A stretch of DNA of 18,379 bases. It comes from Bacillota bacterium (lineage in GTDB: Bacteria > Bacillota > Clostridia > TANB77 > CAG-508). Each line of letters begins with the position of its first letter. The stretch's first letter is position 1. Below the pieces are notes generated by a model. That model made no database searches, was not told where the DNA came from, and worked only from the letters and a program-made list of their open reading frames with translations. The stretch is from the NCBI GenBank assembly GCA_963930325.1, contig CAWVME010000124.1, positions 1 to 18,379 on the forward strand, given 5' to 3'. The position numbers were made by a program, and so were the translations under genes. This document shows, piece by piece, positions 8,604-15,915 of this stretch.

Positions 8604-9794
8604 TTATAGTATTTGTGCTTTTTGTGTTCCGTCTTGAAATTTTAAAGACAAAACATCTCCTGTTTGTAGTTCTTTACTCTTTTTTACAATTTTTCCTTCT
8701 ACTTCTGCTAAACAGAATCCTCTACCTAATGTTTTGAGTGGGCTTAGCGTATCTAATTTAGCAACAATTTTTACATAGTTATTTTGCTTTTGCGCTAATT
8801 GATTTGTTATACTGTTTTGCAGCTTTTTTACCTGCATATCTATTTTTATGTAGTTCTCATTTACTCTTTGAAGTGGATTAGTATACACCCTAGATGTCAT
8901 ACACTTCTCATATCTCAAGCGCATAAGTTCTGTTTTACGTTTCAATGATATTTTTAGCCTTTTTACATAATTGTCTAATTTAGATACAATTTCTTCGCGA
9001 TTACCTACTGCTAGTTCTGCTGCTGCAGATGGAGTCGGTGCCCTTAAGTCTGCTACAAAATCTGCTATAGTAAAATCAGTTTCGTGCCCTACAGCAGAAA
9101 TAATTGGTATTTTGGAATTATAAATGCTATACGCTACAATTTCTTCATTAAAAGGCCAAAGATCCTCTAATGAACCTCCTCCTCTTGCAATAATGATGAC
9201 ATCTGCTAACTTTTTTTCATTCATCGTTTCTATTGCTTTTGCAATCTTTTCTGCCGCTCCTGGCCCTTGTACTGGAACAGGTAATAACCTTAAATGCACT
9301 TTTGGATTTCTTCTTATACCTACATTAATGATATCTCGAATAACAGCTCCTGTTTGTGAAGTAAGTATTCCAATTGTTTTTGGCATATATGGTATTTTTT
9401 GCTTATGTGATGTATCAAATAGTCCTTCTTTTTGTAATTTAGCTTTTAGCTCTTCATAAGCTCTATATAAGCTCCCTACACCATCTTCTTGCATAGCTTT
9501 ACAGTAAATTTGATATACACCATCTCTTTCAAAAACAGCTACTGTACCAAATACTTGTACCTTCATTCCATCTTTTGGCATAAATTTTAAAGTAGCAGCT
9601 GATGTCTTAAACATAATACATTTCACTAAAGAGTTCTCATCTTTTAATGTAAAATACATATGCCCGGTATAATGATTCTTAAAATTTGATATTTCTCCTT
9701 TTACAAATACATTATTTAAAAATTCATCTGCTGCTACTTTGTTTTTTATATATTTATTTAATTCTGTTACAGATATAGGCTCTGGTTTCATCAT
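8604..9794 (-). CDS. xseA: Exodeoxyribonuclease VII large subunit
   Basis: The N-terminal OB fold (VFVKGEISNFKNHYTGHMYFTLKD), the catalytic core (IARGGGSLEDLWPFNEE...PIISAVGHETDFTIADFVADLRAPTPSAAAE) and the coiled-coil tail are all present. RBS GGAG lies upstream. Confidence 0.93.
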   Translation of the reverse strand: MMKPEPISVTELNKYIKNKVAADEFLNNVFVKGEISNFKNHYTGHMYFTLKDENSLVKCIMFKTSAATLKFMPKDGMKVQVFGTVAVFERDGVYQIYCKAMQEDGVGSLYRAYEELKAKLQKEGLFDTSHKQKIPYMPKTIGILTSQTGAVIRDIINVGIRRNPKVHLRLLPVPVQGPGAAEKIAKAIETMNEKKLADVIIIARGGGSLEDLWPFNEEIVAYSIYNSKIPIISAVGHETDFTIADFVADLRAPTPSAAAELAVGNREEIVSKLDNYVKRLKISLKRKTELMRLRYEKCMTSRVYTNPLQRVNENYIKIDMQVKKLQNSITNQLAQKQNNYVKIVAKLDTLSPLKTLGRGFCLAEVEGKIVKKSKELQTGDVLSLKFQDGTQKAQIL

Positions 9795-9807
9795 TTTTCT
9801 CCTGTTT

Positions 9808-10215
9808 CTAATTCTGTTTTTCCTGTACTACACTTGCTAAAATCCCATTTATAAATGCCTGTGACGCAGTGTCTCCATATTTTTTTGCTAACTCCACTGC
9901 TTCATTAATAACAACTTTATATGGTGTTTCTCCTTGTTTTATTTCATAAATAGCAATTTCTAAAATTGCTAAATTGACTTTTGAAATTCTTTCAATTGAC
10001 CAATCTTCTTTTAAGTACATGGAAATAGTTTTTTGTATTTCTTTTTGTTGATTTATAATTCCATGTATCGTATTTCTTATGTAATTTCTTGCATTTTCAT
10101 CTATAATCTCATTTTGTTCTATATATATATCAATTTGCTTTTGCTCATAGTCTTTTTGAATCTCTAAAGAATATAATAGTTTAAATGCTTGTTCTCTCGT
10201 TGCAGTTCTCTTCAT
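9808..10215 (-). CDS. nusB: Transcription antitermination factor NusB
   Basis: The protein begins MKRTATREQAFKLLYSLEIQ, and the NusB C-terminal signature reads INEAVELAKKYGDTASQAFINGILASV. Length and synteny (Asp23 cassette - nusB - xseA) fit. Confidence 0.9.
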   Translation of the reverse strand: MKRTATREQAFKLLYSLEIQKDYEQKQIDIYIEQNEIIDENARNYIRNTIHGIINQQKEIQKTISMYLKEDWSIERISKVNLAILEIAIYEIKQGETPYKVVINEAVELAKKYGDTASQAFINGILASVVQEKQN

Positions 10216-10263
10216 TTTTTGCTTATGCTAACTAAAATTAGCATATCCCCCTTTCTGGTCTAG

Positions 10264-10467
10264 TTACAATTTGTCTATAAAATTTTTTATTTTTTCTTTT
10301 ACGTCAAATTTATTTCGCTGTACATAATTACCTAGAAAAGCTCCCATTCCAATTAAAATAATTCCAATAATAAGTTTATAAAACTGTGTAAATAATATTA
10401 AGATTGCTATAATTGCTCCAATAATAGCACCTCTATATTCCATAAAAAAATCTTTAAAGCTGTTCAT
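10264..10467 (-). CDS. Small integral membrane protein, DUF2273 family
   Basis: The 67-aa protein has two TM helices (GAIIGAIIAILILF...IIGIILIGMGAFLGNY). It occupies the conserved third position of the Asp23-AmaP-DUF2273 cassette. RBS GGAAGGG lies upstream. Confidence 0.7.
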   Translation of the reverse strand: MNSFKDFFMEYRGAIIGAIIAILILFTQFYKLIIGIILIGMGAFLGNYVQRNKFDVKEKIKNFIDKL

Positions 10468-10483
10468 ATTTTCACGCCCTTCC

Positions 10484-10544
10484 TTTTTTGTTGTATAGGA
10501 AAATCACAAATTTTTCTGTATGTAACAAACTTAAGTTTCCTATA
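10484..10544. repeat. Palindromic intergenic repeat, copy 2 (degenerate stem) plus conserved tail
   Basis: Sequence TTTTTTGTTGTATAGGAAAATCACAAATTTTTCTGTATGTAACAAAC followed by TTAAGTTTCCTATA. It aligns by eye at roughly 80 percent with 11304..11365, including the tail A(C/G)TTAAGTTTC. Confidence 0.6.
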
Positions 10545-10555
10545 TTTGTGCGATA

Positions 10556-10600
10556 ATTGTGGAGCAATTTTGCACATATGGTAAAGCACTGCTCCACAAT
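10556..10600 (-). other. Strong stem-loop just 3' of the amaP stop, with no U-tract
   Basis: A perfect 11-bp stem ATTGTGGAGCA (10556-10566) pairs with TGCTCCACAAT (10590-10600) around a 23-nt loop. In minus sense it is followed by TATCGCAC, so it is not a canonical intrinsic terminator. Confidence 0.5.
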
Positions 10601-10610
10601 GCTTATTTTA

Positions 10611-11165
10611 TTATTGTATCACGTTCTTTTTTGTAGCAATATTTCTAACTCTTATATTAATTTCATTTACTTCTATATCCAAACTCTTTTTTATAGCTTC
10701 TTTTATTTTTATTTGTATATTATTTGATAATTCTTTTAATACAGCATCTGGATGAACAAATAGAATTATTTCTATTTTTACTTTATTTTCTTTATCAATA
10801 ATTGCTTTTGATGTAGAGTTTTCTACACCCTCAAAATTTTTTATAACACTACTAGAAAGATTTTCTAATGTATCTTTTGAAATTAATAATTTACCATTTT
10901 CATTTTTAAGAAAGATACCGTCTTTTCCACTATATTCGTCTTGACTACTAGAATCAAAAAAGATACATTTAATAGCAAGCAAGATAAATACTGTACAAAC
11001 TCCCAAAGTTATATTGGATGCCACATTATTTGATATTAAAAATGTAATAGCATCTTCTACAAGTGTTGTCTCCATCCAGTCAAACATTAGAAAGACCATA
11101 ATGATTGATAAAATTAAAACAATGGTAGAAAATAATATAAGAGCAGTCCTCTCTAAAATTTTCAT
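10611..11165 (-). CDS. amaP: Alkaline shock response membrane anchor protein AmaP
   Basis: It has N-terminal TM helices (LILFSTIVLILSIIMVFLMF; GVCTVFILLAIKCIFF). An Asp23-like C-terminal region follows (..VKIEIILFVHPDAVLKELSNNIQIKIKEAI...EVNEINIRVRNI). It lies directly downstream of an Asp23-family gene. RBS AGGAGG lies upstream. Confidence 0.7.
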   Translation of the reverse strand: MKILERTALILFSTIVLILSIIMVFLMFDWMETTLVEDAITFLISNNVASNITLGVCTVFILLAIKCIFFDSSSQDEYSGKDGIFLKNENGKLLISKDTLENLSSSVIKNFEGVENSTSKAIIDKENKVKIEIILFVHPDAVLKELSNNIQIKIKEAIKKSLDIEVNEINIRVRNIATKKNVIQ

Positions 11166-11303
11166 TTATTTCCTCCTTATATTTTACGTAGTATTTTATT
11201 TTTTGTATACATATATTATTTACATTAAGCTTTTTATATTCTCTTGGGTAAAGTAAGTAACATGAGTTCGCACTTACTTCGAAAGCTCACTTAGTAAAAC
11301 GGC

Positions 11304-11365
11304 TTTCTTGTTATACAGGAAAATCTTCCAAATTTCCCTGTATAACAAAGTTAAGTTTCTTTATA
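11304..11365. repeat. Palindromic intergenic repeat, copy 3 plus conserved tail
   Basis: Sequence CTTTCTTGTTATACAGGAAAATCTTCCAAATTTCCCTGTATAACAAAG followed by TTAAGTTTCTTTATA. The 16-bp stem TTGTTATACAGGAAAA/TTTCCCTGTATAACAA has one G-U-compatible mismatch. Confidence 0.65.
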
Positions 11366-11396
11366 ATCAGTTTTATCATTTTTCAAGAAGAAACTT
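11353..11396 (-). other. Stem-loop immediately 3' of the asp23-family stop codon
   Basis: A 9-bp stem AAGTTTCTT (11353-11361) pairs with AAGAAACTT (11388-11396) around a 26-nt loop. One arm is the conserved tail of repeat copy 3. In minus sense it is followed by AACUUUGUUAU, a weak U-tract. Confidence 0.4.
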
Positions 11397-11399
11397 GCA

Positions 11400-11825
11400 T
11401 TAGTTGTTTTCATTGTTTTCATCTTTTTCTGACACAATATTAACGCCTTGAACATTTACATTTACTTCTATTACTTTTAGTCCTGTCATAGTTTCAACTG
11501 CTTTTTTTACTCTGTTTTGTATTTCAAATGCAACATCTGGAATTCTTGTACCATATTCTACAATAATATTAACATCAATTTTTGTTTCTTTTTCTCCTAC
11601 TTCTACTTTAATTCCCTTAGCTAGGTTTTTCTTTCCACTTAGTACTTCTGTAATTCCACCCGCAAAGCTTCCACTCATTCCAGAAACTCCTGGCACTTCT
11701 GATACAGCTACACCAGCAATAACAGCAACTACATCATCTGCAATTTTAATTTCATTTGTTTCTGTTTGTTCGGACACCTCTTGTGCTAAAGCTTGCTCAT
11801 TTACTTCTTTATTTTCATTTTCCAT
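11400..11825 (-). CDS. Asp23/Gls24-family envelope stress response protein
   Basis: The family signature reads IADDVVAVIAGVAVSEVPGVSGM....GIKVEVGEKETKIDVNIIVEYGTRIPDVAFEIQNRVKKAVETMTGLKVIEVNVNVQGV. I call the start at 11825 (MENENKEV) because AGGAGG lies 8 nt upstream. The longer ORF start at 11864 falls inside the predicted promoter. Confidence 0.88.
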   Translation of the reverse strand: MENENKEVNEQALAQEVSEQTETNEIKIADDVVAVIAGVAVSEVPGVSGMSGSFAGGITEVLSGKKNLAKGIKVEVGEKETKIDVNIIVEYGTRIPDVAFEIQNRVKKAVETMTGLKVIEVNVNVQGVNIVSEKDENNENN

Positions 11826-11854
11826 AATAAAACCTCCTATATTTTTATGGTATA

Positions 11855-11883
11855 AGTATATCAATATATCCTTTTTTTTACAA
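11855..11883 (-). promoter_or_regulatory. Candidate sigma-A promoter of the Asp23 operon
   Basis: In minus sense the elements are TTGTAA (11883..11878), a 17-nt spacer, and TATACT (11860..11855). This predicts a leader of about 25 nt containing the AGGAGG RBS. Pattern match only. Confidence 0.45.
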
Positions 11884-11907
11884 CACTTTTCATAAATATT
11901 TCATATT

Positions 11908-12892
11908 TCATTCAAACATTTCTGTTGCTTCAATCTTATTTCCACGTAAGAAGTCTTGAATTGACATTTTTTTAGAGTTTTCACCTTGTATTTGTAATAC
12001 ACTTAAGACTCCGTCCTTGGTTTTTACATATAGTCCTTGTTTTTCTGTTACATATAGTACAGTTCCTGGTGCTATGTCTGAAAACTTATAATCATATTCT
12101 CGAAACTCATCATAAATAAGTAAAAACTCTTCTTTGGTCATAGTATCAACTTTCCAAAATTTTATCTTTTTCCCTCTTAAATATGTGTAAGCTCCCATAA
12201 TAGGATTTAATCCGCGAACTAAATTTTTAAGTTCCTTTCCACTTTTGTTTTCCCAATCGATTTTTGCCATGCTTTTTTCTAGCATAGGCGCCATAGTATA
12301 ATCTTCGCCTTGCTTTTCTCTTGGGGCTGTTCCGTCTTCTATTCTTTTTAGTGTTGATACTAAAAGTTTTGCTCCAACTTTTGATAGTCTTTCCCACACT
12401 TCTCCAGTTGTTTCATCTTCACCTATAAAGACTTCTTCTTTTAAAATCATGTCTCCCGTGTCCATTCCTTCATCCATATATATAGTAGTAATTCCGTGTT
12501 TTTTTCTCTCCATTTAAAACAGCCCATTGAATTGGAGCAGCTCCTCTATATTTAGGTAATAAAGAACCATGCACATTAATGCAGCCAAATTTTGGTATTT
12601 CTAATATACATTTAGGAAGTATTTTCCCATATGCGACCACACAAATAACATCTGGATTTATTTTTTTTATTTCTTGTATAAATTCTTCATTTTTTCTTAT
12701 TTTTTCTGGCTGATATAAAGTAAGCCCCTCATTTAGAGCATATTCCTTTACTGGGCTAGGAATTAACTTCAATCCTCGGCCACTTGGCTTGTCTGGATTT
12801 GTTACAACTGCTTCTATTTCATATCCTGACTTATGAATAGCTTCTAAAGATTCTTTAGCAAAGTCTGGTGTTCCCATAAAAACAACTTTCAT
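11908..12892 (-). pseudogene. fmt: Methionyl-tRNA formyltransferase, interrupted by a 1-nt insertion (two ORFs, 12470..12892 and 11908..12513)
   Basis: The N-terminal ORF carries MKVVFMGTPDFA...NVHGSLLPKYRGAAPIQWAVLNGEKKT and then runs out of frame (RNYYYIYG*). The second frame continues GITTIYMDEGMDTGDMILK through to the C-terminal domain. At the junction the minus-sense sequence is AAA AAA ACA C GGA ATT. Removing one base at plus-strand 12496/12497 restores NGEKKTGITTIYMDEG. Confidence 0.85.
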
Positions 12893-12927
12893 ACTTTTTT
12901 CCTCTCTTTTTTTAAACTATCTTTATC

Positions 12928-13413
12928 TCATTCTTCTGGAGTTATAATTTCTAATGTATCTGGAATTATCTTATCTATAAATAGTTCTCCATTTAGATGG
13001 TCTATTTCATGAGCTAGAGCTTGTGCAAGCAAATCTCTTCCAATTATTTTGACCTTTTTACCATTCCTGTCTAGTGCTGTCACAACAACTTCTTTCGGTC
13101 TTTTGATTTTTGCAAATTGATTTGGGAAACTCAAGCAACCTTCTTCTACAATTTGTTCTCCTTTTGTTTTTTCTATTTTAGGATTAATTAGTACATAAAT
13201 CTCTTCTTCCCCGCCTTCTACAGTTACGTCAATAGTTATGATTTGCTTTAAAATGCCTACTTGTGGTGCTGCTAACCCTACTCCATTATATTTATGCATA
13301 GTTTCTAACATATCATCAATTAGAATTTGAATTTTTTCATCAATTACTTCTACTTCTTTTGCTTTTTTGGTTAAAATTTCATCTCCATATTCTCTTATAT
13401 TTCTTATCGCCAT
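12928..13413 (-). CDS. def: Peptide deformylase
   Basis: All three Def motifs are present: GVGLAAPQVG, EGCLSFP and HEIDHLNG. Confidence 0.95.
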   Translation of the reverse strand: MAIRNIREYGDEILTKKAKEVEVIDEKIQILIDDMLETMHKYNGVGLAAPQVGILKQIITIDVTVEGGEEEIYVLINPKIEKTKGEQIVEEGCLSFPNQFAKIKRPKEVVVTALDRNGKKVKIIGRDLLAQALAHEIDHLNGELFIDKIIPDTLEIITPEE

Positions 13414-13446
13414 TTTTTCCCCCTTGTTACAATAATAAATATTTGC

Positions 13447-15676
13447 TTACATCATATTGTTTGGATTTGTATCCAACACAATTTGTATGTCTTTTTGATT
13501 TTTTTTATAAAATTCTTCTGCCATAGTATTTAATATGTCAATAATAGTATGGTCTAATTTTCCTTTCATTATAATACGCCAGCGATATTTATTTTTTATT
13601 TTATTAATTGGTGCTGGTACTGGTTTATAAATTGCCCATTGTATCAATTTTTTCTTTTGTAGATATAAGAAAAGAAATTCTGCTATATTTTTTACTTTTT
13701 CTTCGTTACTTCCACTAATTCCAATTAATATTATATCGCAAAATGGTGGATATTTCAATTGTTTTCTTATTCCTATCTCTGCTTTGTAGAATTCTTCATA
13801 ATTTTGTTCTTTTGCACAAATAATACTATAATGATCAGGATTATAAGTTTGTACTATCACTTTTCCTGGTATTTTTTCTCTTCCCGCTCTTCCAGCCACT
13901 TGTGTAAGTACTTGAAAAGTTCTTTCACTTGCTCTATAATCATCCATGTTTAAATTAGAGTCTGCTGCTATGACTCCTACAAGCGTAACATTTGGAAAGT
14001 GATGCCCTTTCACAATCATTTGTGTTCCAATTAAAATGTCAATATTTTCATTTTTAAATTTTGTTAATATCTGTTCATGAGAATTTTTCTTGCTTACTGT
14101 ATCAATATCCATTCGTATAGTAGTTGCATCTGGAAACATTCTATGTACTTCTTGTTCTAGTTTTTGAGTTCCAATTCCAAAATATTTTACCCTACTACTT
14201 CCACATTCTGGGCAATGCACAATATTTTTTGTTTCATATCCGCAATAATGACACTTTAGTCTATTTTCCTCTAAGTGGTAAGTCATTGTTATATTGCAGT
14301 TTCTGCACTTAACCGTATATCCACAGTCTCTACACATAATAAATGTAGAATAACCTCTTCGGTTTAAAAATAAAATAGTTTGCCTTTTGTTTTTTAAATT
14401 CTCTTCTATCTCTTCTTGCAATAAAAAACTAATCATTGACCTATTACCCATAGCCAATTCTTCTCTTAAGTCTACCACTTTAATTTCTGGTAAATTCGCA
14501 TGATTAGCTCTTTTAGATAATTTTAAAATTGTAGTTGTTTCTCTTTCTTTTGCTTCATAATAAGTATTCAAATCTGGTGTTGCACTTCCTAAAATAAGAG
14601 GAATATTGGCTTTTTTACATAAATATTTTGCAATTTCTTTTACATGGTAACGTGGCTGAGTTTCTGATTTATAAGACATGTCATGTTCTTCATCTATGAT
14701 AATTATTCCAAGATTACGAACCGGAGCAAATATTGCAGATCTAGCTCCTATTATAATCTTTGCTTCTCCTTTTTGTATTTTCTCCCATTCGTCATATCTT
14801 TCTCCTACTGATAACTTACTATGCAATATTGCAACAACACTTCCAAATCTAGCCAAAAAGCGGTTCGTCATTTGTGGTGTTAAAGAAATTTCTGGCACTA
14901 GCATAATAGCGGTTTTCCCTTGTGCTATTACTTTTTGAATAAGTTGCATATAAATTTCTGTTTTTCCGTGAGCCAGTAACTCCGTAAAGTAAGAATTGTT
15001 GGTATCTTTGTTCTTCTATTGCTCTTGATACCTTATTAAATGCTTCCTCTTGTTCCTCATTTAAGGTATATGGAGTGTCTCTTTCTATATTTTTATTTTC
15101 GAAAGGATTTCTTTCTATTTTTTCTTGTAGAATTTTCACATATTCATTTTTTTCTAAAGTTTTAATAACTGCTCTAGTAGTATCTGTTAAGTTTTGTAAA
15201 TCTCCTATATAAATTCCATCGTTCTCAATTAGAAATTTGAGAATTCTAATTTGTTTTGGGCTTTTTATGATTTTTTTTTGCAAAGCGTTTTCAATCTCTT
15301 CTTTTTCTCTTTTCAAATATACAAAGTTTCCTGTTTTTTCCTTTACTCTATTTTCCATTCTTTTTGTTGATGTTCCTGGTGGAAGCATTAATTTAATGCA
15401 ATCTGAAATATTGCAAAAATACCTCTTTGACATGAGTTTTGCTAAATTTATATTATCTTTTGTAAGTCCAAAACTTATACTTTTAATTTCTTTGGTAGCA
15501 AAATCGGATTTTTCTATCAATCCAATTACAAATCCTTCTTCTACAGATTTATTACCAAATGGTACAATAGCTCGATTTCCAATTTGAATTTGATTTTCCA
15601 TTTCTTTTGGTACCAAATAATGGAATTCTCTGTTTAATGTTTTTGCTGTACTATTTACAATAACTTGTGCTACCAT
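13447..15676 (-). pseudogene. priA: Primosomal replication-restart helicase PriA, interrupted by a 1-nt insertion inside the Walker A codons (two ORFs, 14849..15676 and 13447..14949)
   Basis: The N-terminal ORF has the PriA 3'-DNA-binding start (VAQVIVNS....EFHYLVP...IGNRAIVPFGNKSVEGFV) and ends ...FLLYGVTGS then RKNRNLYAT... out of frame. The other frame continues (GK)TEIYMQLIQKVIAQGKTAIMLVPEISLTPQ with DEEH, the Cys-rich zinc insertion (CRDCGYTVKCRNC...CHYCGY...CPECGS) and the helicase C-terminal domain. The minus-sense junction is GGC TCA C GGA AAA ACA GAA. Removing plus-strand base 14968/14969 restores GVTGSGKTEIYMQ. Confidence 0.88.
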
Positions 15677-15845
15677 TTTTTCTCCTTTCTTTATGTTACA
15701 TTATTTAGCTATATTTGTTTAAGTTATTTCTTCAAATGCGAAAGAGCACTGTTCATTCCTACATTCACATACATTTAAGTTCTCAAAGAAGCGTAAAGAT
15801 TTGTTGACGCGAAAAATTGCTCTACAATTTTTCTGTGCATCATTA

Positions 15846-15890
15846 TTTTTTTGTAGTATATGAAAGTCACTTTTTCCTATACTACAAAAA
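15846..15890. repeat. Palindromic intergenic repeat, copy 4
   Basis: Sequence TTTTTTTGTAGTATATGAAAGTCACTTTTTCCTATACTACAAAAAA. It has a perfect 14-bp stem TTTTTTGTAGTATA/TATACTACAAAAAA. The loop GAAAGTCAC...TTTTTCC resembles the other copies in the same plus-strand orientation. Confidence 0.55.
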
Positions 15891-15914
15891 ATGGGTTGGT
15901 ACTAATCCCAACCC
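15887..15914 (-). terminator. Rho-independent terminator after gmk
   Basis: In minus sense, directly after the TAG stop, GGGTTGG-GATTAGT-ACCAACCC (7-8 bp GC-rich stem) is followed by ATTTTTTG. Confidence 0.8.
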
Positions 15915-15915
15915 T

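Noticed and set aside
15801-15828. Plus-strand promoter-like TTGTTG-16 nt-TACAAT (also TTGACG, but only 13 nt from TACAAT), which would drive transcription antisense to gmk.
   Set aside because: The better -35 hexamer has the wrong spacing. There is no downstream plus-strand ORF or terminated small RNA, and such hexamers arise easily by chance in AT-rich intergenic DNA.
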